Shown: one piece after another, positions 10,026 to 19,267 of the stretch | Layout of the letters: every line of letters starts with the position of its first letter | Numbering within the stretch: the stretch's first letter is position 1 | Source of the DNA: Nanobdellota archaeon | GTDB taxonomy: Archaea; Nanobdellota; Nanobdellia; Pacearchaeales; GW2011-AR1 | Assembly (NCBI GenBank): GCA_038046245.1 | Contig: JBBSWO010000008.1 | Span: forward strand, 2,521 to 66,520 | Direction: 5' to 3' | Length of the DNA: 64,000 nucleotides | Translations under genes and position numbers: made by a program | Notes under the pieces: model-generated | What the model was told of the DNA's origin: nothing | The model's database searches: none | The model's input: the letters and a program-made list of their open reading frames with translations, nothing else

Positions 10026-10040
10026 GAAAGGTTTAAAAAA
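10026..10040 (+). promoter_or_regulatory. Putative BRE/TATA promoter of the RpoN-like gene (probably leaderless)
   Basis: gaaaggTTTAAAAA with the TATA at 10032-10039, 22-29 nt before the ATG at 10061; same pattern as other promoters in the window. Confidence 0.5.
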
Positions 10041-10060
10041 CCGGAAATTTATGTTTTTGG

Positions 10061-10996
10061 ATGACCGATTTAAGTTTATCCATGAGTCCGAAATTGGCAC
10101 AGAGAATGAATTTACAGCAGATTATAGCTTTAAATCAATTTGTCTCTCTTCCTCCAACCGCAGTGGGACATGTTTTGGATGATATAGCGAGAGACCCGCA
10201 AAAATTCGAAGACATGTTTGTAGAGAGTAATGCCTCTGGAAAACCAGATGTTCAAGCTGTTTTTGGATCTTTGGTTACTTCTTCTCTTGGCTATTTGAAA
10301 AAAGGAAATTCTGGATTAATAATGGATCCTCCAAGCAAAGAAATAGCTGAAGCGGTTTCTAGTAAAACTATCGAAATCACTCCAGAGGTGACCTATGTTG
10401 GAAGAGAAAAAGACAAGCCTCTTATTATGTTTTCAAATTTTATCTCAGAGCAGCCAAGACTTTCTGTGCAGCAGATTAAAATCCCTGATCATTTTAAGAA
10501 CGCCAAGAAACTTTATGCTCACATTAGCAGTCAAAGAGAGTATGTTAATTCAAAATTAAGGGAATCTTATGTAGCCATAGGAGAACAGCAAAGAGAATTT
10601 CTCGCCAGAAGTGAACCAACAACTTTAAACGTTTTTTGTCAAAAAGATTTAGCCGATAAAGTTGGAGTTTCTACTTCACTTGTTTCAAGATTAATGAAGA
10701 ATAAGTCTGCTTTAGTTCAGCCCGCGAGCTCTAATTCTCCGTACGTTTTGGAAATTTCCCAGCTTATGCCGTCTAAAGAAGATTTGGGAAGGTTCTTAGT
10801 GGTTAGAGGAATAAACCAAATTTTAAGTGAAGAAGATCCTTCAAATCCTTTTTCTGACATGGAAATCAAGCAAAGATTGGGAATTAATTCAGCAAGAAGG
10901 ACAGTTTCAAAATACAGGTCAGAGGCAGGCATTCCTGAAGCTAGACTTAGAGTGAACTATTCTGGTGAACGTCAAATACCTTATTTCCTCAAGTAA
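10061..10996 (+). CDS. Sigma-54 (RpoN)-like protein: Region I plus DNA-binding domain, core-binding domain apparently absent
   Basis: RpoN box ARRTVSKYR (10892-10918) within EDPSNPFSD-EI...GIP; HTH DLADKVGVSTSLVSR; ITPEV..PRL and I-EQQ-EFL segments; Leu/Gln-rich Region I-like N-terminus; only 311 aa. Confidence 0.8.
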   Translation: MTDLSLSMSPKLAQRMNLQQIIALNQFVSLPPTAVGHVLDDIARDPQKFEDMFVESNASGKPDVQAVFGSLVTSSLGYLKKGNSGLIMDPPSKEIAEAVSSKTIEITPEVTYVGREKDKPLIMFSNFISEQPRLSVQQIKIPDHFKNAKKLYAHISSQREYVNSKLRESYVAIGEQQREFLARSEPTTLNVFCQKDLADKVGVSTSLVSRLMKNKSALVQPASSNSPYVLEISQLMPSKEDLGRFLVVRGINQILSEEDPSNPFSDMEIKQRLGINSARRTVSKYRSEAGIPEARLRVNYSGERQIPYFLK

Positions 10997-11095
10997 TTTT
11001 CTTATACTGGTTAAAATTCTTCTCCAAAAATTTATAAACATCGAAGGATTTTGTAAGTAAAATGGGTGATTATTCTAATTTGTCGGGGTTTTTAG

Positions 11096-12610
11096 ATGAG
11101 GTTTAATATTCTTATAGGTGGGAAAGCAGGGCAGGGAATAAACAAAACTTCTCAGATTGTTTCTCAGACTTTGACTAATCACGGATATTTTGTCTTTAAC
11201 TACCGAGATTATCCTTCAGTTATAAGAGGGGATCACAATTTTAATGTTCTTTCCATTTCAGATGAACCAATTGAAAGTCATGAGTCAATGCTTGATGGAA
11301 TTATTGCTATGGATGAAAACACAATAAGAGTCCATAAATCTGAATTGAAAAAAGACGGATTTATCATTAGTTATAAAGATTTTTTAAAATATGGGATAAA
11401 CCTAAATATTGCCCAGACTGGGGCCTTGATGAAGGTCCTTGGCATAGACAAAAAAATTCTCGTTGATGAAGTAGAAAAAACTTTGAACAACAAAGAGTCA
11501 ATAGACGCCCTTGAAGTTGGTTTTAGTTCTGAGAAACAAAAATATCATCTGAAGAATATTAAGAAAAAAATATCTGTTATGACTGGAAATGAGGCCGTCG
11601 CTCAAGGCGCAATAAAATCTAAAATAGATTTGTATTTTGCATATCCAATGACTCCCACAACAAACGCTTTGCATGAGTTAGCTTCAAGACAAGTAGAAAA
11701 TAATTATGTCGTTTTCCAGCCAGAAGGAGAGATTTCTGTTGCGAATATGGCTTTGGGAGCAAGTTTTGCAGGAGCAAAAGTTATGATAGGAAGTAGCGGT
11801 GGGGGTTATGATTTAATGACTGAAGCAATGAGTTTTCAAGGAATGTCTGAATTGCCATTAGTTGTTTATCTTGGCTCTAGAGGTGGTCCGTCAACGGGCC
11901 TACCTACATACACAATGCAAAATGATTTGGATTTAGCTTTAAGATCTGGCCATGGAGAATTTCCGAGGATTGTAATTGCTCCAGGAAATCCCGTAGACGC
12001 AATTGAAAAAACCAACGAAGCTTTTTATCTCTCTCAAAAATTTAATTGTCTGTCTATAATTCTTTCCGATAAACATCTTGCAGAATCAGAATTTTCTTCA
12101 GATGTTGCACCTAAAAAACCTCTGCAGATAACATTAAACAGAAAAATTCCTGGAAAAGATATTGTGAAAGCAAACAGTTATGAGCACGATGAAAACGGAA
12201 TTACTGTTGAAGATGCTGAAAATACAGTTAAGAACGCAGATAGTAGATTAAAAAAATATGAAGCTATGAAAAAAGAATGTAAAAAATTCGAAATGATAAA
12301 AATTCATGGAAACAAAAACAGTAAAAACCTTATTATTGGCTGGGGTTCAACAAGGGGGGCAATTCTTGATGCAATAAAAGGACTTGACTTTAAATTTTTG
12401 CAGGTCATATACATGAAACCCTTGTCGGATGAAATAAAAAAAGAAATCCAGAAAGCAAAAAAAGTTATTTTGATTGAACAAAATGTGACAGGTCAGCTTG
12501 GAAGATTGATAAGAGAAAAAACTGGAATAAAAATTGAAAAAAGAATTCTGAAATATGACGGCAGGCCGTTTTTTTCGGATGAATTAAGGAAGGAGTTGTT
12601 GAAAAAATGA
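11096..12610 (+). CDS. korA: 2-oxoacid:ferredoxin oxidoreductase alpha subunit (gamma-alpha fusion)
   Basis: GGKAGQG, YPS-IRG, GNEA, AYPMTP, Q-EGE, R-GPSTGLPT, GHGEFP. Confidence 0.92.
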   Translation: MRFNILIGGKAGQGINKTSQIVSQTLTNHGYFVFNYRDYPSVIRGDHNFNVLSISDEPIESHESMLDGIIAMDENTIRVHKSELKKDGFIISYKDFLKYGINLNIAQTGALMKVLGIDKKILVDEVEKTLNNKESIDALEVGFSSEKQKYHLKNIKKKISVMTGNEAVAQGAIKSKIDLYFAYPMTPTTNALHELASRQVENNYVVFQPEGEISVANMALGASFAGAKVMIGSSGGGYDLMTEAMSFQGMSELPLVVYLGSRGGPSTGLPTYTMQNDLDLALRSGHGEFPRIVIAPGNPVDAIEKTNEAFYLSQKFNCLSIILSDKHLAESEFSSDVAPKKPLQITLNRKIPGKDIVKANSYEHDENGITVEDAENTVKNADSRLKKYEAMKKECKKFEMIKIHGNKNSKNLIIGWGSTRGAILDAIKGLDFKFLQVIYMKPLSDEIKKEIQKAKKVILIEQNVTGQLGRLIREKTGIKIEKRILKYDGRPFFSDELRKELLKK

Positions 12611-13203
12611 AAGCAAGAGATGGGAAATTAATCTTAATTCTAGGAATATTAATCTCGATAATTTCTCTATTAACTGCATTTTTCGGATGGAAGCCGTGGT
12701 ATTTTGTTGGAACTTTTGGATTCTGGTTTTTCTTTGATTATTTTTCATCTAAAAAAAATAAAATCACGGCAATACAATTATTCATAAACAACAAAAAAAG
12801 TTTTACTAATCTGTACATGGCCATGCTTGCCTTAGGAATGTCAATAGAATATCTTGGAAAATTTGTATTTGGGTTTTGGCATTACCCTTACCAGTCATTA
12901 CTTTTTGAGATAATACTTATTTTGCTCTATCCATTTATATTATTTGCAACAAGGGAGATTTATGAAACTTCAAAATTAATTATTAAAAATAAAGTTTTAT
13001 CAGTTGTTCTTGCTATGATTATAGGTATTGTGTTAATGGAGATTCCAAATCTTTATTCTGGTTTATGGATTTACACAGTTCCTTTTGGATTTGATATTTT
13101 AGGTATAAATGTGATAGTGTTAATTGGTTGGGTTATTCTTATATTAGCTCCAGCCTATGTTTATGATAAATTTTTTAATAATAAAATTTTAAATATAAAA
13201 TGA
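12607..13203 (+). CDS. Multi-pass membrane protein between the OFOR subunits
   Basis: About 6 hydrophobic segments with repeated E-x-G/N...W-Y motifs (EYLG..FWHY, EIPN..LWIY); ATGA overlaps with both neighbours. Confidence 0.75.
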   Translation: MKARDGKLILILGILISIISLLTAFFGWKPWYFVGTFGFWFFFDYFSSKKNKITAIQLFINNKKSFTNLYMAMLALGMSIEYLGKFVFGFWHYPYQSLLFEIILILLYPFILFATREIYETSKLIIKNKVLSVVLAMIIGIVLMEIPNLYSGLWIYTVPFGFDILGINVIVLIGWVILILAPAYVYDKFFNNKILNIK

Positions 13204-14057
13204 AAAAAGACATATCAATGAAAGGTGTTCCATTCAGAACAAATACAAAAATTACTTGGTGTCCTGGTTGTCCAGACCACATGATCTTAGAATCTCTAAG
13301 AAGGGCATTTGTCTCTCTTGAAAAGCAAGGATTCAAAAAAGAAAACTTTGTCAATGTCTCAGGAATAGGATGTCATGGGAAAATATTTGATTATCTAAAC
13401 ACCTCAAGTTTTTACGGATTGCATGGAAGGCCAATACCTGCTGCAATAGGAATAAAATTCGGGAATCCAAATTTCAAAGTTGTTGTTTCTGCGGGAGATG
13501 GTGATACTTATTCAGAAGGAATGGAACATTTTATTCATGCTTGCAGATTTAACCCAGACATAACTTTGCTAGTCCATGATAATCAATCTTTTTCATTAAC
13601 AACTGGGCAACCTTCCCCAACAAGCCAGCTAACATTCAAGTCAAAATCTCAGCCTTTGGGGGTTGTTTCTTCTCCGATAAATCCCTTGATGATTGCGCTT
13701 TCAGCAGGAGCAAGTTTTGTTGCAAGGTGCAATGCAAGAGACTTGGATCACACTCAAGAAATAATTGAAAAAGCGATAAAGCACAAAGGATTTGCTTACG
13801 TAGAAATAATCCAAGATTGTATAATCTTCAATGTTGAAATTAACAACAGAGACTACATGATGTATAAAATTCCTGAAAAAGACAGAAGCTTGAAAGATGC
13901 AATGCAATTAGCACAAGAATATGATTACAATCTAGGAAAGGGAAAAATTCCTTTGGGAATCTTTTACAAAAAAGAAAAGAAAACTTTGGAAGAAAACTGG
14001 CCTCAACTTCAAGATCTCAAAAAGAAAGGAATTGGCTGGAGTGATTTGAAGAGATAA
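13200..14057 (+). CDS. korB: 2-oxoacid:ferredoxin oxidoreductase beta subunit
   Basis: TWCPGC, SGIGC, LHGR, GDGD TPP motif, LTTGQ-SPT. Confidence 0.93.
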   Translation: MKKDISMKGVPFRTNTKITWCPGCPDHMILESLRRAFVSLEKQGFKKENFVNVSGIGCHGKIFDYLNTSSFYGLHGRPIPAAIGIKFGNPNFKVVVSAGDGDTYSEGMEHFIHACRFNPDITLLVHDNQSFSLTTGQPSPTSQLTFKSKSQPLGVVSSPINPLMIALSAGASFVARCNARDLDHTQEIIEKAIKHKGFAYVEIIQDCIIFNVEINNRDYMMYKIPEKDRSLKDAMQLAQEYDYNLGKGKIPLGIFYKKEKKTLEENWPQLQDLKKKGIGWSDLKR

Positions 14058-14113
14058 AACCTGTTTTCTAATGCAATAATTTTTATAAACTAAGTGGTTT
14101 AATAATTGATACA

Positions 14114-14503
14114 ATGACTGGAAGAACTATCATAATTCATGGATCAGATGAAGTCCTGGCTATGTTTGGGAAACCTGGATTTTTTTACAAAGGTAGATGG
14201 GAAAAAGTTAAAATAACTCAAATCGGGACAGATAAGGATACTCCTTTAGAAGTTAGAAAATCTTTAGTTGGATTAGTAATACCCACAATATTCACTAAAG
14301 AAGGAATTGAAAAAGAGACGGGTGCAACTTTTCCAATCCCAGAAGGTTCAAGATTAGCTTATTCACAAGATGTAACAGACGTTCTAGAATCTAACGGAAG
14401 AATTGAAGAAGCTAGACAACTAAGAAGTGTCGCTCCAGAACCCTTAGATATGTATGTGATAGAAAAAGAAATTTATGAAGTCGTTGACTCAACAATCAGA
14501 TAA
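14114..14503 (+). CDS. Hypothetical protein
   Basis: 129-aa ORF preceded by a TATA-like tttataaa at about 14082. Confidence 0.7.
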   Translation: MTGRTIIIHGSDEVLAMFGKPGFFYKGRWEKVKITQIGTDKDTPLEVRKSLVGLVIPTIFTKEGIEKETGATFPIPEGSRLAYSQDVTDVLESNGRIEEARQLRSVAPEPLDMYVIEKEIYEVVDSTIR

Positions 14504-14516
14504 TTGTTTGCTTTAA

Positions 14517-14984
14517 TCACTTCATCTTCCCAATAATCTCTTTCTCAAAATCATTAATCCTAGGTTCATCTTCTTTTCGTGAAATCTGCATGTCTTGCAC
14601 TTCCAAAACAGAAAGGGGTTTTTTCTTTGCTAGCTGTTCCATCTCATAAAAAGCATCTTCAGCAGCTGCCCCAAAAGTGGCAAAAAATGCGACATTCTTG
14701 AATTTATTCTCAGAAAGATAGGCCTTTACGGGCGGAGTTATTCCGTCCCATATTGGTGTTCCCACAATAACTAAATCATAATTTTGAGGATTTTTTTTAG
14801 TTGGAGCTATTTCTGTTGGCGTTTTTAGTTCTTCATTAAAAGCACTTTTGGTCCATGTAAAGATGTCACTTCTGTCTCTCAAGTCTACAATTTCTTCACT
14901 GTCCGCTTTGAACAACTTTGCCAATTTTTCTCCTATAATTCTCGTATGTCCGTTCTTTGAATAAAAAGCAACCAAAGTTTTCAT
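14517..14984 (-). CDS. Flavodoxin-like protein (start reassigned to MKTLVAFYS)
   Basis: FYSKNGHTR FMN-binding loop, YDL-IVGTPIW, VAFFATFG; the longer ORF start overlaps mre11. Confidence 0.85.
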   Translation of the reverse strand: MKTLVAFYSKNGHTRIIGEKLAKLFKADSEEIVDLRDRSDIFTWTKSAFNEELKTPTEIAPTKKNPQNYDLVIVGTPIWDGITPPVKAYLSENKFKNVAFFATFGAAAEDAFYEMEQLAKKKPLSVLEVQDMQISRKEDEPRINDFEKEIIGKMK

Positions 14985-15082
14985 CTTACCTCTTTTTACA
15001 ATATTCATTGTATTACAATCAAATTTATATAATACAGCTCTCCTGCTATTATAAACTTTTTGAGGTATAAAATGGTGAAAAA

Positions 15083-16243
15083 ATGGTAAGATTTGCACAC
15101 ATAGCTGATGTACACCTAGGGGGTTGGAAACAGCCGCCAATGCAGGAACTTAATTTCAAGTCGTTTGTAATGGCTATTGATGCATGCATAAAAGAGAAGG
15201 TCGAATTTGTTGTGATAGCTGGGGACTTATTTGACACGGCTTTCCCAGGAATAGATGTCTTAAAAGACGCTTTTGGAGAGTTCAAGAAATTAAAGGATGC
15301 AAAAATCCCGTGTTTCATAATCGCAGGCTCACATGATTATTCTGTCTCAGGGAAAACATTCTTGGATGTCTTGGAAAAAGCAGGATTCTGCAAAAATGTC
15401 GGCATTTATGAAGAGACTCCAGAAAAAATAATTCTTAACCCTACAATTTACAAAGGAGTTGCTTTTTATGGATATCCTGGAAGAAAATCTGGGTTAGAAG
15501 TTGACGCTTTGCGAAAGGTTAAATTTAATGACACACCCGGAATGTTCAAAATATTTTTGCTGCATACAACTTTAGATAAGGCAAAGGGATTACTGCCCAT
15601 AGATGCAATTGAATCAGCTTCTTTGCCAAAAGCAGATTATTATGCTTTGGGACATCTGCACATAGATTATCAATATGAAAATTTTGTTTATCCTGGCCCA
15701 ATTTTCCCAAACAATTTTCAGGAGTTGGAAGATTTAAGGCACGGAAGTTTTTACATAGTTGACACAGAATCGACTCCAAATCTTAAAAAAGTAGAACTGA
15801 AAATAAAAGAAGTTCTTCCTGTCGAAATAGAAATAAAAAATGCAATCAGGGCAACAGAGAAGACAATTGCACATCTCAAGGAAAAAGAGGTTGAAGACAA
15901 AGTTGTGCTTTTAAGGTTTAAAGGTGAGATTGAAAGCGGTTCTAATTCAGACATAAAGTTTCAGGAAATTGAGGACTACCTTAAACAAAAAGGGGCTTAT
16001 TTTTTCTTGAAGAATACGCATGACCTAAAAAATAAAGATTTGGAATTAGACATTGAAATTACAAAAGGGGAAAATATTGAAGAAGAAGCAATAAACTCTT
16101 ATTCTGGTGAGAATCCTTCAGATTTCAACAAATTGATTCCAAATCTGGTAAACACTCTCTCAATTGAAAAACAAGAGGGTGAAACCGGTGAGGGGTTTAG
16201 CATAAGGATTCTAGAGGGAGCTAAAAAAATTTTTAATTTTTAA
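15083..16243 (+). CDS. mre11: DNA repair exonuclease Mre11
   Basis: AD-HLG, AGDLFD, GSHD, YYALGHLH, YPG; directly upstream of rad50. Confidence 0.93.
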   Translation: MVRFAHIADVHLGGWKQPPMQELNFKSFVMAIDACIKEKVEFVVIAGDLFDTAFPGIDVLKDAFGEFKKLKDAKIPCFIIAGSHDYSVSGKTFLDVLEKAGFCKNVGIYEETPEKIILNPTIYKGVAFYGYPGRKSGLEVDALRKVKFNDTPGMFKIFLLHTTLDKAKGLLPIDAIESASLPKADYYALGHLHIDYQYENFVYPGPIFPNNFQELEDLRHGSFYIVDTESTPNLKKVELKIKEVLPVEIEIKNAIRATEKTIAHLKEKEVEDKVVLLRFKGEIESGSNSDIKFQEIEDYLKQKGAYFFLKNTHDLKNKDLELDIEITKGENIEEEAINSYSGENPSDFNKLIPNLVNTLSIEKQEGETGEGFSIRILEGAKKIFNF

Positions 16244-16244
16244 G

Positions 16245-18290
16245 ATGAAGCTGAAAAAAATAACGCTCCAGAACATAAGGAGCTACGAGAAGGAATCGAT
16301 AGAATTTCCTAGTGGGTCAACTCTTTTGTCAGGGGACATTGGGAGCGGAAAAACTTCTGTGCTTTTGGGAATTGAATTCGCGCTATTTGGATTGCAGCCT
16401 GGACAAAAAGGCTCTTCTTTATTACGAAACGGACATGACACTGGTGGGGTTGTAATGGAATTTGCGGTTGATGACAGTGAAATAATTCTTGAGAGGTTTT
16501 TAAAAAGAGGAAAAGGCATAACTCAAGATTACTGTTCTATAACTATTGACGGTGAAAAGAGGGAAATTGCTGTGACAGAATTAAAAGACAAAGTCCTGGA
16601 ATTATTAAACTATCCCAAAGAATTTGCAAAAAGACAAAATCTGCTTTACAAGTTCACTGTTTATACACCGCAAGAAGAGATGAAGCAGATAATCATTCAG
16701 GATGCAGAGACTAGGGTAAACACTTTAAGGCATGTTTTTGGAATTGACAAGTATAAGAGGGTTCTTGAGAATCTTGCCATATTGACTTCAAAATTAAGGG
16801 AAGAAAAAAGAGTGAAACAGGCGCTTACCTCTAATGTTGAACAAGACAAGCTTGAAATTTTGGAAAAAGAGAATGAACTTGAATCTAAACATTATAACCT
16901 GACTTCTGTCGAAAGAGAATTTTTCTTGAAGGCTGAGGCCAGAAAAAGGATTCAGGAAGAAAGGGATTCTCTCCAAAAAAAAGTTGAGGAAAAAAAATTG
17001 TTTGAAAAAGAAATAGAAAAATCAAGACTTATGACGATTAATAAGAAAGATTTGATTTCTGGAAATCTGAGGGAGATACAGAAAATAAAAACCCAGATTT
17101 CCGAGCTTGATCATTTGAAATTTGAAGAAACAAAAATAAAAAGACTTGAAAATGATATTTCAATATTAAAAACAGAGAAAAAAAGTTTAGAAGAAAAAAA
17201 CATGGAGTTAACTTCAAAAATAAGCTCTCTGAATCTAAAAAACAAAGATTTTGAGACTTTGAAAGTGAAGCTTCAGCATCTTGAAATCTGTCCGACTTGT
17301 TTACAAGATGTAGAGCCCAGCTACAAGGCGAACGTCTTCAACAAATTAAATTCTGATATAGTCCAGAACAAGGACGAAATGGAAAAGTTGACCGGAGAAA
17401 AACTACCCTTAATAGAACAAATAAACAAGGCTGAGCAGGACATTTCCGCAAAAGAAAGAGAGGTCCAGGAATTAAGAATTCTCAAGGTAAAGGTTGAAAA
17501 CTTAAATGAGAGAAGAGTTAGACTGAAGGATCTTGAAAATCTAAACTTAATGTCTGAAAAAGATATTTTGTTGTTGGAAAGCCAGACTGAAAGGCTGAAG
17601 AGTTCCGTTTTTGAGCTGAACAGATTTGAGAATCTTGAGGATGAAAAAAGAAAAGAGTTGGAGATTGCTTTGAGGGAAGAAAGAATTGCTGAAATAAAAG
17701 TTGCTGAACTTAGAAAAGAAATAGAAGTTTTTTCTCACCAAATCTCAGAGCTAAGGTCGAAGATAGAAAAGACAGAAAAAATAAGGAAAGAACTTGACTA
17801 CATAACGGATGTTGAAAACTGGCTCTCTAAGAATTTTGCCTCTCTGATTTCGTTCGTTGAAAAAAATGTTATGGCCAAGCTTAAGGCCGAATTCTCCAAA
17901 TTTTTCTCCCAATGGTTCGCCATGCTTGTTGCAGAGACTTTCAACACGAGAATTAATGACGATTTCACACCAATAATAGAACAGCAGGATTATGAGATTG
18001 ATTATGCTTACCTTTCTGGCGGAGAAAGGACTGCTGTCGCTTTGGCATACAGGCTTGCATTGAATCAAGTTTTAAACTCTTTTTTGAGCAATATAAAGAC
18101 TCGGGACTTTGTCATTTTGGATGAGCCGACTGACGGATTTTCTGATCAACAATTGGACAAGATGCGAAGCGTTCTAGAACAGCTTAATGTCGCACAACTT
18201 ATAATAGTAAGCCACGAGCAGAAAATAGAAGGTTTCGTTGAGAATGTAATAAGGTTTAAAAAAGAGAATGGGATTTCTAAAATTGTATGA
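16245..18290 (+). CDS. rad50: Rad50 ATPase (short coiled coil)
   Basis: NIRSY, GDIGSGKTS, Q-loop PQEE, zinc hook CPTC-Q, LSGGE, ILDEPT, VSH. Confidence 0.93.
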   Translation: MKLKKITLQNIRSYEKESIEFPSGSTLLSGDIGSGKTSVLLGIEFALFGLQPGQKGSSLLRNGHDTGGVVMEFAVDDSEIILERFLKRGKGITQDYCSITIDGEKREIAVTELKDKVLELLNYPKEFAKRQNLLYKFTVYTPQEEMKQIIIQDAETRVNTLRHVFGIDKYKRVLENLAILTSKLREEKRVKQALTSNVEQDKLEILEKENELESKHYNLTSVEREFFLKAEARKRIQEERDSLQKKVEEKKLFEKEIEKSRLMTINKKDLISGNLREIQKIKTQISELDHLKFEETKIKRLENDISILKTEKKSLEEKNMELTSKISSLNLKNKDFETLKVKLQHLEICPTCLQDVEPSYKANVFNKLNSDIVQNKDEMEKLTGEKLPLIEQINKAEQDISAKEREVQELRILKVKVENLNERRVRLKDLENLNLMSEKDILLLESQTERLKSSVFELNRFENLEDEKRKELEIALREERIAEIKVAELRKEIEVFSHQISELRSKIEKTEKIRKELDYITDVENWLSKNFASLISFVEKNVMAKLKAEFSKFFSQWFAMLVAETFNTRINDDFTPIIEQQDYEIDYAYLSGGERTAVALAYRLALNQVLNSFLSNIKTRDFVILDEPTDGFSDQQLDKMRSVLEQLNVAQLIIVSHEQKIEGFVENVIRFKKENGISKIV

Positions 18291-18895
18291 CCAGAGTAAG
18301 TTTGGATGATATACTGCAATCTAACGGAAAATCTACTAGTGATAAATCTTCTTTGGAAAAAGGATTTTACAAGATTGCTGATTTTGGGTTAAAGACGTTT
18401 CAGGAAGATTCTAATCACAAGATTATAAGGGAAATTGGATTAACTCTTTTTTCTAGCTTTTATGGGGGAAGCGTTCTTCCACATGATCAAGAGCATATAG
18501 AAAACAAACTTGGTTTGAATCCTGGAACTTTAACAAAATATAGTGCAACTCGTGGCCAGATATTGTTTTTAGGTTTAGAATATGTCGGGGCATTCCATTT
18601 TTTAGAGCCTATAGTTAACCTAATTCCTTATATCAATGATTTGAACAATTCTATTGATGGAGTAGAAAATGCCTATCTAATAAATGCAGCAGTTTCAATA
18701 GGATGCAATATTTTTAGATATATACAATCAAAAAAAGGAAAAAGAATTCCTGCCATATCTTTATACACTTTGGGTATTTTGGGATTGCAACATGGAGTAA
18801 GAGGGGTAAAATGGACATACAAACAAGTTAAAGCCCCAATAAAAGAAAAACTCAGAGAAGTTAAAGAGGAAGCTGATTGGTTGTTAAGGCAGTGA
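18287..18895 (+). CDS. Hypothetical, probably membrane-associated protein
   Basis: 202-aa ORF with ATGA overlap to rad50; 2-3 moderately hydrophobic segments. Confidence 0.65.
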   Translation: MTRVSLDDILQSNGKSTSDKSSLEKGFYKIADFGLKTFQEDSNHKIIREIGLTLFSSFYGGSVLPHDQEHIENKLGLNPGTLTKYSATRGQILFLGLEYVGAFHFLEPIVNLIPYINDLNNSIDGVENAYLINAAVSIGCNIFRYIQSKKGKRIPAISLYTLGILGLQHGVRGVKWTYKQVKAPIKEKLREVKEEADWLLRQ

Positions 18896-18910
18896 GAAAA
18901 TTATTCTTTT

Positions 18911-19252
18911 CTAAGGCTCATAAGGAGCAGAATTCAGATCCTTTGCTTTTTCTATCGCTTGTTTAAGTCCGCTATGTGCAGGCATTACCCACCGCGCTTT
19001 AATTTTATTTTTATCATTTTTCTGCATCAATGCAAAGTATACAGCTTGAGAGTTTTTATTGTGCTCGACCAAAGATTCTGGAATAACCCAAATATAATTT
19101 CCTTTTTCACCATAAAATAAAGCTTCTTGCCCACCTCTAGCCTTAGCAGTTTCAAACTTAACATCTGGAAGACCCTGCCAAACTTGCCAGTAATTTGGGT
19201 AATTTATTTTCTTTAATTCATCTTCTGTTGGAGTGTATTTTAAGTAATCCAT
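18911..19252 (-). CDS. Hypothetical protein
   Basis: 113-aa ORF just downstream of the barrel-like gene on the same strand. Confidence 0.65.
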   Translation of the reverse strand: MDYLKYTPTEDELKKINYPNYWQVWQGLPDVKFETAKARGGQEALFYGEKGNYIWVIPESLVEHNKNSQAVYFALMQKNDKNKIKARWVMPAHSGLKQAIEKAKDLNSAPYEP

Positions 19253-19267
19253 TTTAAAAATAAAAAA

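Noticed and set aside
14985-15140. N-terminal extension of the flavodoxin ORF
   Set aside because: Overlaps mre11 and the divergent promoter; the domain starts at MKTLVAFYS
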